DNA of 64,000 nucleotides, from contig CAYHPL010000001.1 of the NCBI GenBank assembly GCA_964358705.1, positions 129,202-193,201 of the forward strand, written 5' to 3'. Below the pieces are notes generated by a model, which made no database searches, had not been told where the DNA came from, and worked only from the letters and a program-made list of their open reading frames with translations. Origin of the DNA: an uncultured Chitinophagales bacterium. Its GTDB lineage: Bacteria > Bacteroidota > Ignavibacteria > UBA10030 > F1-140-MAGs086. Below are positions 17,460 through 28,152 of the stretch, one piece after another (positions within the stretch are counted from its first letter, which is position 1; each line of letters begins with the position of its first letter). Made by a program: the position numbers and the translations under genes.

Positions 17460-18523
17460 TCGCGCACGATGTGTTCATCCGCTTCCACATTGAATTTACA
17501 GTGTCCGATGGAATCAATGAGCGAATATTTTACTTTTCCTGCGCGATTTTTTTTATCGCGAAATGTTTTTGCGATGATTTTTTCTATAGAAATATTTTTG
17601 GGAATGCGCACAGGTAATTGCGCGCGAAGCAAAAGCGTATCAATGCGTTTAATATTTTCAGAAGAAAGCCATCCGAAACGGTATGCTATACGTGATTCCG
17701 CTGCCATTCCGATTGCAACTGCATATCCGTGACGCAATTCGTAATCGGAAAGCGTTTCCAACGCGTGTCCGATTGTGTGTCCGAAGTTTAAAATTTTTCG
17801 CGGTCCTGCTTCACGTTCATCTTTTTCAATAATGTTTGCTTTCAGTTTACAATTCCATACAATTGTTTTGTGCAAAATTTCTTTATTCTGCTGTACAAGA
17901 TGCTCCATTTCTCTTTCGAGAAACAAAAAAAATTTTTTATCCTGAATTAGCGCCTGCTTAATAATTTCTGCGATGCCGTTGACATATTCCTCCTGCGTCA
18001 GTGTTGCAAGGAAATCAGTATCAATGCAAAGATGTTTCGGTTGGTGATACGCGCCGATGAGATTTTTTCCAGACGGATGGTCAACTGCAGTTTTTCCTCC
18101 GCTACTGCTATCAACCTGTGCGAGAAGCGTCGTAGGAATTTGGAAAAAAGGAACGCCGCGAAATAATGTTGCGGCAACAAATCCTGTAACATCACCGACA
18201 ACACCGCCGCCAAGCGCAATGAGCAAGCAATCTTTTCCAATGTGATTGTTGAAAATTTTATCTTCAAGCATTGATTTTGTCTCGCGGGATTTGCTATGCT
18301 CTCCTGCAGGAAAATCAATGAGAATTGTTTGTGGAAAAATCTTGCTGAACAGAGAAAGAATTTTTTTCCCGTATAATTTTTTAACGCTGCTATCCGTGAT
18401 AATCACACAGAATGTAGGAGAAAATTTCTTTTGAATCAGAGAGGGGAGACTTGCAACAATTCCGCTGCCAATATCAATGTTGTAGGAATCGTCAACGGTT
18501 TTTTTGAGATGAACGCGCAGCAT
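17438..18523 (-). CDS. aroB: 3-dehydroquinate synthase
   Basis: Full-length AroB similarity (GGGVVGD, NAD- and metal-binding motifs). Confidence 0.9.
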   Translation of the reverse strand: MLRVHLKKTVDDSYNIDIGSGIVASLPSLIQKKFSPTFCVIITDSSVKKLYGKKILSLFSKIFPQTILIDFPAGEHSKSRETKSMLEDKIFNNHIGKDCLLIALGGGVVGDVTGFVAATLFRGVPFFQIPTTLLAQVDSSSGGKTAVDHPSGKNLIGAYHQPKHLCIDTDFLATLTQEEYVNGIAEIIKQALIQDKKFFLFLEREMEHLVQQNKEILHKTIVWNCKLKANIIEKDEREAGPRKILNFGHTIGHALETLSDYELRHGYAVAIGMAAESRIAYRFGWLSSENIKRIDTLLLRAQLPVRIPKNISIEKIIAKTFRDKKNRAGKVKYSLIDSIGHCKFNVEADEHIVRECLLELQ

Positions 18524-18575
18524 AAATATATTTTTTTAAATAAAATGAAAGTGTAAATGTATTGATTGCGTTATT

Positions 18576-19025
18576 TTACTTTTCGCATAATAATTTGAGC
18601 GCGGTCAATGCTTTTTTCCACATTGCTTCAAACATTGATTTGTATTCTTCTTCCACCTGCATTTCGATTGTTAATTCTGTCTCGCCGTTGTTTTCTGTGA
18701 ATGTATAATTTTCAAAAGAAGGCATCCATTTTTTAGCTTCTTCGCTTACAGTATCAACTTCTCCATTTACAATGAGCCCCAGATGTTCAATCGAAATAAA
18801 CTGGTACAGAATATTTTCTTTTATCCTGCTGAATATTCCCTGCCGTTTGCCGTTTTGGTCAGGAGCAATAAAACGTATTTCACTGTCCTTGTTCCAGTTT
18901 CCTTCATAAGATGAATCTGCGTGAAATTCTTTTGTCCACTCGCGATATGTGTTTTCATTGAGCATTGTGTTCCAGACTTTCTTCTTGTCTGCATTGATTA
19001 AAATTGTACAGTGTAATGTTTGCAT
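18576..19025 (-). CDS. SRPBCC-family (AHSA1/polyketide-cyclase-like) protein
   Basis: N-terminal ..I.A....VW..M.....REW pattern. Confidence 0.55.
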   Translation of the reverse strand: MQTLHCTILINADKKKVWNTMLNENTYREWTKEFHADSSYEGNWNKDSEIRFIAPDQNGKRQGIFSRIKENILYQFISIEHLGLIVNGEVDTVSEEAKKWMPSFENYTFTENNGETELTIEMQVEEEYKSMFEAMWKKALTALKLLCEK

Positions 19026-19089
19026 AGTTGGTATATTTTTTTTGCCGCATAAACATACAAAAAAGACAAAAGCACAAAAAATAAAAAAA

Positions 19090-19128
19090 CCTTCGCCTTA
19101 GTTGATGAAGGTTTTTTCTCCCCCAAAA
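19090..19128 (-). terminator. bidirectional rho-independent terminator downstream of phoU
   Basis: AAACCTTCGCC..GATGAAGGTTT hairpin flanked by an A-run and a T-run. Confidence 0.5.
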
Positions 19129-19136
19129 AAAATATC

Positions 19137-19820
19137 CTATTCGGCTGAGTGATGTTTAATGTTTTTCGCTTTCGCGATAAATATTACATCTTCTGCGATG
19201 TTTGTTGCCAAATCAGCAACCCGCTCAAGATTTCTGCTTACACGAATCAATTCAAGCGACTGGTCAATTAATGCACCGTTGTTTTTCATCAGTCCGATAA
19301 GTTCAGTGATAATTTGCAGATTGAGCATATCCACAACATCATCAACAAGTAAAACACTTTCGCCGAGATTTGCATCGAAGTGAATGAAACTATTGAGCGC
19401 ATCTGTCAGCATACGTTTTGTAATATGCGTAATGCGTTTTACTTCGTTCGCAACGGGAAGAGTTTCCCACATAGAAGAAGATATTTGCTCGTGTTTTTTC
19501 AGATTGAGAACGGATTGCGCAATATTTACTGCGTGGTCGCCGATACGTTCCAAATCGCTGTTTATTTTTACAGCCGCTAAAATAAATCGCAAATCCGACG
19601 CAACAGGTTGTTGCAGAGCAAGCAGGTCAACTATTGTATTATCAATTTCAATTTCGAGTGAATTGATTTTTGTGTCGTCATTTATTACTGCTGATGCGAG
19701 TTCTGTATTTTGCGAGAGCAAAGCGTAAATGGATTTTTCAATGGATTGCTCCACAATGGAACCCATCTTAATCAGTGTGGATTTTAATTTTGAAAGTTCA
19801 GTATCAAAGTGTCGTTGCAT
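19137..19820 (-). CDS. phoU: phosphate signalling complex protein PhoU
   Basis: Duplicated PhoU repeats (LERIGDHA, LERVADLA). Confidence 0.9.
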   Translation of the reverse strand: MQRHFDTELSKLKSTLIKMGSIVEQSIEKSIYALLSQNTELASAVINDDTKINSLEIEIDNTIVDLLALQQPVASDLRFILAAVKINSDLERIGDHAVNIAQSVLNLKKHEQISSSMWETLPVANEVKRITHITKRMLTDALNSFIHFDANLGESVLLVDDVVDMLNLQIITELIGLMKNNGALIDQSLELIRVSRNLERVADLATNIAEDVIFIAKAKNIKHHSAE

Positions 19821-19841
19821 AGATTTTAAAAAATAAATTAT

Positions 19842-20606
19842 TTATCCGAATCGTCCTGTAATATAATCTTCCGTTTGCTTTTTCTTTGGCATGGTGAAAA
19901 TTGTTTTTGTTGCATCGTATTCAATTAATTCGCCCATATAAAAAAAAGCAGTGCAATCGCTGACACGTGCCGCTTGTTGCATATTGTGTGTAACAATGAC
20001 AATTGTGTAGTGTTGTTTCAAATCGTACATAAGTTCCTCAATTTTTGTAGTTGAAATCGGGTCGAGCGCGCTGGCGGGTTCATCCATAAGCAGAACGTCC
20101 GGATTTACTGCGAGTGCGCGGGCAATACACAATCTCTGTTGCTGACCGCCGGAAAGCGCGAGTCCGCTTTTGTGCAATTCATCTTTTACTTCATCCCACA
20201 GTGCGGCTTGGTGTAAACTTTTTTCTACAATTTCATCGAGCATTATTTTTTCTTTAATGCCATTAATGCGCGGTCCATACGCGACATTTTCATAAATAGA
20301 TTTTGGAAACGGATTGGATTTCTGAAAAATCATTCCGACTTTTTTTCGCAATTCAACAACATCAATATTCATATCATAAATATTTACATCATCAATTGTA
20401 ACTGTTCCTGTAATTCGCACATTATCTATTAAATCATTCATACGATTCAATGAACGGAGGAATGTAGATTTGCCGCAACCGGAAGGTCCGATAAGTGCCG
20501 TTACTTTATTCGATTGTATTGTCAGCGAAATATCTTTTATCGCGTGCTTTTCTCCATAGTAAAGATTCAGTTGCGAAGTAGAAATTTTAGTTGTTGTCTG
20601 TTCCAT
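19842..20606 (-). CDS. pstB: phosphate ABC transporter ATP-binding protein PstB
   Basis: Walker [18 protein letters not shown], PstB-specific ends. Confidence 0.95.
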   Translation of the reverse strand: MEQTTTKISTSQLNLYYGEKHAIKDISLTIQSNKVTALIGPSGCGKSTFLRSLNRMNDLIDNVRITGTVTIDDVNIYDMNIDVVELRKKVGMIFQKSNPFPKSIYENVAYGPRINGIKEKIMLDEIVEKSLHQAALWDEVKDELHKSGLALSGGQQQRLCIARALAVNPDVLLMDEPASALDPISTTKIEELMYDLKQHYTIVIVTHNMQQAARVSDCTAFFYMGELIEYDATKTIFTMPKKKQTEDYITGRFG

Positions 20607-20613
20607 TAAATAG

Positions 20614-21513
20614 TTATCGAAATGCGCGTGTGCGTAATTTGTAGCGCAAAAATATTGCAGAGAAATTTAATAAAAAAGTCAGAAGAAGAAGCACAAGTGT
20701 TGTTGCATATTGAATTCCGCGCGTCGCTTCAACATCAGGAGATTGCGTGGACATAATGTAAATATGATACCCAAGTTCCATAAACTGGTCGGAAAGCGCA
20801 TTGGGAAGATGGGGAAGAAAATATGCCGCACCGGTAAAAAGAATCGGAGCAACTTCTCCAGCGCCGCGACTGACTGCTAATATTCCACCTGTTAAAATTC
20901 CTGTAATTGAATTCGGAAGAACTATTTTTACAATTGTTTGCAATTTTGTTGCTCCAAGCGCAAGACTCGCCTCACGCAATTCACGCGGAACATTTTTTAT
21001 TGCCTCCTCCACAGAAACGATAACAACGGGAAGAGTCAGCAATGCCATCGTTAAACTTGCCCACAAAATATTCGGTTGTCCCCATTGCAATTTTACACCA
21101 CCGTTTGTAACATTATCAATTCCACTGCCGACGAACTGCACAAAAAATCCCAATCCGAATAATCCGAACACAATTGCAGGAACGCCTGCGAGTGTATTTA
21201 CTGCAAAACGAATTGTACGCGCAAGTTTTGACATGCTGCTTGCATATTCACTGAGATATATTGCGGTTATTGTGCCGATAGGAACACCAACCATTGACAT
21301 TATGATGACTAAAAGAAATGTTCCGATAATTGCAGGAAAAATTCCGCCCTCGGTCATTCCGCCTTTCGGAGCGGCTGTTAAAAATTCCCACGTCATCGTT
21401 GACCATCCGCCAATGACAATTTCAGCCATAATTGCAATTACAGAAAGTACAATCATAGTTGCACTGAGAGCAGTAATTGTTGAAATTGTAATGCCGAGAA
21501 CTTTATTTTTCAT
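20614..21513 (-). CDS. pstA: phosphate ABC transporter permease PstA
   Basis: PstA-like permease with EAS/A.LGA motif. Confidence 0.9.
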   Translation of the reverse strand: MKNKVLGITISTITALSATMIVLSVIAIMAEIVIGGWSTMTWEFLTAAPKGGMTEGGIFPAIIGTFLLVIIMSMVGVPIGTITAIYLSEYASSMSKLARTIRFAVNTLAGVPAIVFGLFGLGFFVQFVGSGIDNVTNGGVKLQWGQPNILWASLTMALLTLPVVIVSVEEAIKNVPRELREASLALGATKLQTIVKIVLPNSITGILTGGILAVSRGAGEVAPILFTGAAYFLPHLPNALSDQFMELGYHIYIMSTQSPDVEATRGIQYATTLVLLLLTFLLNFSAIFLRYKLRTRAFR

Positions 21514-21527
21514 ATCTATTTTCAGCT

Positions 21528-22580
21528 TTACTGTCCTCCGAATTTTTTCATCAGACGATTACGAATAAATATTTCCGCAACGGCATTGAGGGAAAATGTA
21601 AAAACGAAAAGTAGCGCGCCGATAAGAAAAAGAATATTATAATGCGTTTCACCAAACACCACTTCAGCCATTTCTGCGCCAATTGTTGCAGACATTGTGC
21701 GCACGGGCTCAAAAGGATTTGCTGAAAATAATGCCGCATTTCCTGTCGCCATTAACACAATCATCGTTTCACCGAATGCACGTCCGAAGCCAAGAAGCAC
21801 AGCGGCAAAAATTCCCGGAATTGCAGCAGGAAGAATTACAAAAAGCGCTGTCTGCCATTTTGTTGCGCCGAGTGCGAGACTTGCTTCATACAAAGTTTTT
21901 GGAACTGCTGCAATTGCATCTTCTGCAATTGTATAAATAATCGGAATTACCGCCAAAGACATTGCGATGCCACCGACGAAAGCATTCAACCGGTATTCAA
22001 AACCAAACAAATTTTGTATTGCGGTCGCCAAAACTATCAGTGCGAAAAACCCAATAACGACAGAAGGAAATCCCGCAAGAATTTCAATTGCGGGTTTGAG
22101 GAGTTCTTTCGCCCATCGCGGAGCAAATACAGCAGTGAAGAGCGCCGCGAGTATTGCAATGGGCGCAGCAAATAGAATCGCTATCAATGTTACTTTAAAA
22201 CTTCCTGCGGCGAGTGGAAACAAACCATATTTCGGGTCTTCGGAAACTGGTTGCCATTGCGTTCCGGTGAGATTGGAAAGAGAAGCATCTCCTTCGTTTC
22301 CGGATGACTCCAATAACTGTCTTGCGGTATTTGTATTTTCAGAAAGTTCATCGGGAATGTCGCCGTACGTTTCCTGCTGTTCATTTTCCTGAATTACTGA
22401 AATTGCTTTTTCCTCTGTAAAAAAAACAGGCAGCGTTTCTTTAAAGACAAAGATAAAAATCAAAACAATGCACGCAAACGAAATAAATGCCGTTACGGTA
22501 ATAAATTTTTCTGCAAGAAATTCTACCCAACGGAATTTCTTTTGTAGCAAATTTATATTTCGCATTGTACTCTTATGCAA
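21528..22580 (-). CDS. pstC: phosphate ABC transporter permease PstC
   Basis: PstC-like permease with [14 protein letters not shown]. Confidence 0.9.
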   Translation of the reverse strand: MHKSTMRNINLLQKKFRWVEFLAEKFITVTAFISFACIVLIFIFVFKETLPVFFTEEKAISVIQENEQQETYGDIPDELSENTNTARQLLESSGNEGDASLSNLTGTQWQPVSEDPKYGLFPLAAGSFKVTLIAILFAAPIAILAALFTAVFAPRWAKELLKPAIEILAGFPSVVIGFFALIVLATAIQNLFGFEYRLNAFVGGIAMSLAVIPIIYTIAEDAIAAVPKTLYEASLALGATKWQTALFVILPAAIPGIFAAVLLGFGRAFGETMIVLMATGNAALFSANPFEPVRTMSATIGAEMAEVVFGETHYNILFLIGALLFVFTFSLNAVAEIFIRNRLMKKFGGQ

Positions 22581-22607
22581 TGTATGTTTTGATTTTTTTA
22601 CAGGAAA

Positions 22608-23432
22608 TTATCGCACCGGAAAATATCCGACTTTTGAAACAATCGCCTGACCTTCTGCGCTCAAAATCCAGTCAATGTATTCTTTCAATGCGCCGGTTGG
22701 TCTGCTGCGTGTGTACATATACAAATACCGTGTAACAGGGTACTTATTTAATTTAATATTTTCCTCTGTCGGCTCATACGCGGGAGACTCTGCATCTTTT
22801 TTTACATGCACATATTTTATTCCTTTGCCATACGCCGCTCCTCCATATCCGATACCGTTTTTATCCTTTGCAACTGCATTTACAACAGCCGCTGTGCCGG
22901 GCATATTTTGTGCGCTCGGCGCGAAATCACTTCCTTCAAGGACGTTATCTTTAAAATACACATACGTGCCGGAATTATTTTCTCTGCTGTACAAAATTAT
23001 TTTTGCATCGTTGCCGCCGATATCTTTCCAGTTCGTAATTTTTCCTGTGTATATCATTTTGATTTGCTGTAATGTTAATTCTTTTACGGGATTGCTTTCG
23101 TGAACATAAATTGCCAAACCGTCTTTTGCGGTTTTAATTTCCACGCCAAGCGTATTGTAGCGTTGTTTCAGCTTTTCTTTTTCACTTTGCTTCATTGGTC
23201 GGGATGAATTGCAAATATCCGTGGTGCCATTGATGAGTGCAGAAATTCCTGTTCCGGAACCTCCGCCTGTTACCTGAATTGCAATTTCACTGTGTGCAGA
23301 CATATAATTTTCTGCCCATCGTTGCGCAAGAATCACCATCGTATCAGAACCTTTTACAGTAATTGTTTCATTCGAGCCGGAAAATCCGAAGGAAATAACG
23401 GCAAGGAGTAGTGTGAGAAATATTTTTTTCAT
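22608..23432 (-). CDS. pstS: phosphate-binding protein PstS
   Basis: Signal peptide; PBP-like (GSGTG, SR). Confidence 0.9.
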   Translation of the reverse strand: MKKIFLTLLLAVISFGFSGSNETITVKGSDTMVILAQRWAENYMSAHSEIAIQVTGGGSGTGISALINGTTDICNSSRPMKQSEKEKLKQRYNTLGVEIKTAKDGLAIYVHESNPVKELTLQQIKMIYTGKITNWKDIGGNDAKIILYSRENNSGTYVYFKDNVLEGSDFAPSAQNMPGTAAVVNAVAKDKNGIGYGGAAYGKGIKYVHVKKDAESPAYEPTEENIKLNKYPVTRYLYMYTRSRPTGALKEYIDWILSAEGQAIVSKVGYFPVR

Positions 23433-23468
23433 TGTTGTGTTGGTAAATAATTTGGATAGTTAAAAAAA

Positions 23469-24824
23469 TTAAAATTTGTATTGCATCCGCAGTGAAAGCA
23501 CATTGTCTTTCACATCTTTTTTGAATGGAATCAGTGAGCCGGTTGCTGTATTGTTCACTTTTTCATTCGTTACAAAATCTTTGAAGAAAATAAATTTTAC
23601 ATTTGCATCCCAATGGTATATCCAGCCCAGTCCAAATGTGGAATATTTTATATCGCCTGCTTTCAGATTGCTTCCCGTTGCGCCAATATGTTCATCACTG
23701 ATTTTACTGTTCGGGTCAAAGACATCATATTTTAAAAGCAATTGATTTGACAGACCGAAATTTTGAACAAAATTTATATACCAGCCATAAAATTTTCTTT
23801 CGTATAAAGGAGAAACAACAGAGCCGGGATTGTAAAAACTATTCGATGATGCAGTTCCGGGCTGCGTTCCTGTGATAAATTCTCCGCGCAGTGAAAATCC
23901 TCCGAGAGACGGAATATCATAGTACATCTGAATATCTGCTCCGAGATGATTGCGCTTAAAATATTTTCCAATATTTGATGATAAAGAATCGCGGGTGAAT
24001 TTTTTCGTTGCATCATTTATCGTGCTATATACTTCAGTCGAATTGCTTCGCACGTTTCCTGCATACAAAGAAACGCCGCAATCAATTTCAAAATTTTCTT
24101 CATAAAATGGAAACAAAAATCCAATTCGTCCAATGAAATCTTTACGGCTGTCATTTTCATTTGCATTGTTCAATACACCGTTAAAAAATCCCGCTTTTAA
24201 ATTCAACCAGTTATATCGTTCATTCTCTGAAACTAGTTCAATTTTTGCTCCGAGTTCACGCTCGCCAGGAAACAGCGTCTGAAACATTCGTGAGCGTTCA
24301 GGAGATTCGCGCATATTGGATGAGTGTGAAATTTCATAGCCAAACGGACGGTCAAAAATTCCGGCAGTGAGTGTTGCCGTTCTGTACCATTCTTCTTTCA
24401 CAGAAATATATGCATCTTTTATCCCTACGCCATTTTGCGTAAGGTCAAGTTGCAAAACATATTGCGTTACATCGTTATCATAATTTATTTTCAATCGTCC
24501 GCGCCGTAATTGAAAACGGGAATTAACATACGTTGGAAAACTTCCTCCTGCAAAATTTCCAATCGGATATGTATTGAGCGCAGTTGAACTCAATGCTTCC
24601 GTATCTGCTATTTGATATTGCGCCTGAATATAGCCGCTGATTTTTATTTTTTTTAAAATGTCAAGCGTGTTTTTCATTTCCGTAACCGTTTCATTCATTC
24701 CGTCGAATGCGCCTTTTATTTCTGCAATGTCTTCCTTTGTTGCAATATTGGAAGTATCTTGTGCGTGCGTCGGTTGAAAAAATAGTGTTGCAATAATCAA
24801 AAGGAATAGTATAAATATTTTCAT
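23469..24824 (-). CDS. outer-membrane porin, probably phosphate-selective (OprO/P-like), first gene of the pst operon
   Basis: Signal peptide, beta-barrel with C-terminal F, and position immediately upstream of pstS. Confidence 0.5.
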   Translation of the reverse strand: MKIFILFLLIIATLFFQPTHAQDTSNIATKEDIAEIKGAFDGMNETVTEMKNTLDILKKIKISGYIQAQYQIADTEALSSTALNTYPIGNFAGGSFPTYVNSRFQLRRGRLKINYDNDVTQYVLQLDLTQNGVGIKDAYISVKEEWYRTATLTAGIFDRPFGYEISHSSNMRESPERSRMFQTLFPGERELGAKIELVSENERYNWLNLKAGFFNGVLNNANENDSRKDFIGRIGFLFPFYEENFEIDCGVSLYAGNVRSNSTEVYSTINDATKKFTRDSLSSNIGKYFKRNHLGADIQMYYDIPSLGGFSLRGEFITGTQPGTASSNSFYNPGSVVSPLYERKFYGWYINFVQNFGLSNQLLLKYDVFDPNSKISDEHIGATGSNLKAGDIKYSTFGLGWIYHWDANVKFIFFKDFVTNEKVNNTATGSLIPFKKDVKDNVLSLRMQYKF

Positions 24825-24978
24825 AAAGTGTAAATTGAATCGTTAATAAATGTGTGTAATGTACGCATCCAATATACTTGTTGTATGTTGTGTTTTGATT
24901 GCCGTTGTATTATGAAATTGTGAACTGCCATTGCATCAATTTGTACGCAAACAAAATACAGTTCCGGTATGAACTGAA

Positions 24979-25007
24979 TGTAACCGCAATGTTAAGAAAT
25001 TGTTAAG
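24979..25007. promoter_or_regulatory. candidate Pho box (three 7-bp direct repeats with 4-bp spacers)
   Basis: TGTAACC-gcaa-TGTTAAG-aaat-TGTTAAG, 11-bp phasing, ~150 bp upstream of the porin-pstSCAB-phoU operon. Confidence 0.3.
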
Positions 25008-25063
25008 AGAGAAAAAGATGTTTCCAAAGTTGAGAAATTAAGTATATTTTCGTCGGTTAATTT

Positions 25064-28060
25064 ATGAATCAGGCACTTACACAAATAAAAATCCTTGTCG
25101 AAGATTTTCAGAAACAGGAATCTGCATTTCTTCATCCCGATTATTCCGAGCAGCAGGTGCGCGAAGATTTCATCAACAAATTTTTCGTCGCGCTTGGTTG
25201 GGATGTTACGCACGTAACGCAGAAAAATCCCTACGAACAGGAAGTAAAAATTGAGAACAAAGTAAAAACCGGCGCAAGTCATCGAAGAGCCGATTATGCA
25301 TTCTTCATTGCTCCAAACTTCCACGATGTTAAATTTTTTGTGGAGGCGAAAAAACCTTCGCGCAATCTTTGCAACGCCGACGATTATTTTCAGACAATTC
25401 GCTACGGATGGAATAAAGGAACGCCGCTCGCAATGCTCACCGATTTTGAAGAATTGCACATTCTCGATTGCCGCTACAAACCCGATATACAAACTGCGCT
25501 CGAAAGAAAAATAGTATCGTATCATTACACCGATTATGCAAACGAAGAAATCTTTGCAAAAATATTTTACCTCTTCAGCCGCAATGCCGTTGCAAATAAT
25601 TCGCTGGAAAGATTTGCTGATACACTTCCCAAACCACGAAAGAAAAACCTAACAGGTTTTCAAAACCTGTTAGGTTTAAAGTCCGTTGACGAAGCATTTC
25701 TCGAACTTCTCGATGAATACCGCGAAACACTTGCAAAAGCATTCAAGAAACACAATCAGCAACTCATAAGCGAAGAACTCACCGAAGCGGTGCAGAGAAC
25801 AATTGACCGGCTTGTATTCATCCGCTTCCTCGAAGATAAACAAATTGAAGAACAGCAAGTTCTCAACTATCGCGCACAACCTTCTGCGTGGAAAGCGTTC
25901 ATTGCACATTGCAAATCCCTCGAACCCAAATACAACGGTCTCGTTTTCAAACCCCACCGCATCATTGATAGCAAAGAATTCGTTCCTCCCGACGACAATT
26001 TATTCGCAGGTATTTGCGACGAACTCTCCGACCCGACTTCGCCGTACGATTTCGACCAGATACCCATTTCCATTCTCGGAAGTATTTACGAACGCTTTCT
26101 CGGAAAAGTAGTACACGCAACACCAAAGCAGGCAAAAGTAGAAGATAAACCCGAATTCCGCAAAGCAGGCGGCGTCTATTACACTCCCGAATACATCGTC
26201 CGCTATATTGTAAGCGAAACAGTAGGAAAAATTTTAAATCCTGAACTCCCCCTTGAAAAGGAAAACGAAGGCGGAGTAGAACATAAATTCCACCTTGAAA
26301 AGGGGGACAAAGTGGGATTATATAAACTTGAATTAAAATCTCCCGAAGAAATTTCCCAACTCTCCTTCGCAGATATTGCATGCGGCTCCGGTTCATTTCT
26401 CATCGAAATATATAGCCAATTGCTCGACCATCATACAAAATATTACAATGCCTTTCCCGAAAAAGCGAAGAAAGGCGAAACAGAAATCCGCGACGGCAAA
26501 ATTGTACTCTCGCTCAAAAAGAAACAGGAAATTCTTCTCAATAATATTTATGGCGTAGATATTGATTTTCAGGCAACCGAAGTAACGCAACTCTCGCTCT
26601 ATTTGAAATTGCTCGAAGACGTAACAATGAACGATGCATTTCAATTCAGTCTGCTCAAAGAAAAAATTCTTCCCGATTTAAGATTCAATATTGTCTGTGG
26701 CAATTCGCTCGTAGATAATGATATCAATGGATTGTTTGCCGAAGAAGAAAAGGAAAAATTAAAGCCAATGAATTTCAGCGATGCGTTTCCAAAGATAATA
26801 AAACAAGGAGGGTTTGATGCGATTGTAGGTAATCCGCCTTGGATTGATATAAAAGGAATGGATCCTTCCGTAGTTGATTATTACTTTAAGAAATATTCAA
26901 CTGTTGAGAATAGAATGAATATTTACGCTGTATTTATTCAGATTGCATTGTCGTTATTGAAAAGAGAAGGAACACTCGGTTATATTACACCAAGTTCTTA
27001 CACTACGCAATCTTCGTACAAACAACTTCGTGAATTATTATTATTGAAATATTCATTTACAAAATTAATTCGTCTTCCGGATAATGTTTTTAAAAACGTC
27101 ATTGCAGAAAGTATAATCTCTATTCTCGAAAATACAAGTAAAAAAAATGATGTAACGGAAGTATTTGTTTACGATGCGAAGAAAAAAATAGATACTATTG
27201 TTTCAGACGAAACGAGTATTCACCATTTCATACAACAAGAGAATTGGAAACAAGATGAAGAAAAGGTTATCAATCTTTTTGTGAATGGAAAAGAAAAACA
27301 TCTCATTACTAAGATAAAACATAATACGAAATCACTCGCACTTTTCTGTGAGTTCAGTTTAGGAATAACACCTTACGATAAATACAAAGGGCATACAAAG
27401 AGTCAAATCAAGAATCGGGAATTCCATTCAACAAAAAAAGAAAATATAACATTCAAACCATTACTGAACGGAGGAAATATTACTCGTTACTTTGTGAGAT
27501 GGGATGGAAAAGAATGGTTAAGTTACGGTGATTGGTTAGGTGCATCACGAGAACAAAAATTTTTTACTTCTGAAAGAATTATAGTTCGACAAATATTGAG
27601 CGGAAATTCTTTACGTATTTATGCTGGTTATACAAATGAAGAATTATATAATACTCAAATTGCTTTCAATCTTGTAAAGAAAGAATCCATTGAAGTTTCT
27701 ATTAAATACTTACTTGCCATTCTCAATTCAAATTTGATGAATTGGTATCATCGCAATAAACATCTTGACCAAACAAAAAATATTTTTCAGAAAATTTTGA
27801 TTGAAAATGCAAAAGAGTTTCCCATTCGCACAATCAATTTCTCCAACACAAAAGAAAAATCCCAACACGACAACATCGTAAAACTTGTCGAATTTATGCT
27901 CGCGCTCAAACAAAAACAATCATCCGCCAAACTCTACTCCGAACTCAATCGCCTCGAAATGCAAATCACATCCACCGACAAACAAATAGACCAAGCCGTG
28001 TACGAATTATACGCCTTAACCGAAGAAGAAATTAAAATTGTAGAAGGAACAACGCCGTAG
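25064..28060 (+). CDS. Type IIG restriction-modification enzyme (MmeI-like: PD-ExK endonuclease + gamma N6-adenine methyltransferase + target-recognition domain in one chain)
   Basis: N-terminal D...EAK nuclease motif (RADYAFF...FFVEAKKP); motif I DIACGSGSFL; motif IV VGNPPWI; ~300-aa C-terminal variable region. Confidence 0.8.
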   Translation: MNQALTQIKILVEDFQKQESAFLHPDYSEQQVREDFINKFFVALGWDVTHVTQKNPYEQEVKIENKVKTGASHRRADYAFFIAPNFHDVKFFVEAKKPSRNLCNADDYFQTIRYGWNKGTPLAMLTDFEELHILDCRYKPDIQTALERKIVSYHYTDYANEEIFAKIFYLFSRNAVANNSLERFADTLPKPRKKNLTGFQNLLGLKSVDEAFLELLDEYRETLAKAFKKHNQQLISEELTEAVQRTIDRLVFIRFLEDKQIEEQQVLNYRAQPSAWKAFIAHCKSLEPKYNGLVFKPHRIIDSKEFVPPDDNLFAGICDELSDPTSPYDFDQIPISILGSIYERFLGKVVHATPKQAKVEDKPEFRKAGGVYYTPEYIVRYIVSETVGKILNPELPLEKENEGGVEHKFHLEKGDKVGLYKLELKSPEEISQLSFADIACGSGSFLIEIYSQLLDHHTKYYNAFPEKAKKGETEIRDGKIVLSLKKKQEILLNNIYGVDIDFQATEVTQLSLYLKLLEDVTMNDAFQFSLLKEKILPDLRFNIVCGNSLVDNDINGLFAEEEKEKLKPMNFSDAFPKIIKQGGFDAIVGNPPWIDIKGMDPSVVDYYFKKYSTVENRMNIYAVFIQIALSLLKREGTLGYITPSSYTTQSSYKQLRELLLLKYSFTKLIRLPDNVFKNVIAESIISILENTSKKNDVTEVFVYDAKKKIDTIVSDETSIHHFIQQENWKQDEEKVINLFVNGKEKHLITKIKHNTKSLALFCEFSLGITPYDKYKGHTKSQIKNREFHSTKKENITFKPLLNGGNITRYFVRWDGKEWLSYGDWLGASREQKFFTSERIIVRQILSGNSLRIYAGYTNEELYNTQIAFNLVKKESIEVSIKYLLAILNSNLMNWYHRNKHLDQTKNIFQKILIENAKEFPIRTINFSNTKEKSQHDNIVKLVEFMLALKQKQSSAKLYSELNRLEMQITSTDKQIDQAVYELYALTEEEIKIVEGTTP

Positions 28061-28152
28061 GCGTGAAATCTTAATAGAAAATAAATCAAAAATAAAATTT
28101 CAGCTCCGTAGGAGCGATATATTCACTTTCCATCCCAAAAAAGCAAATCTCG

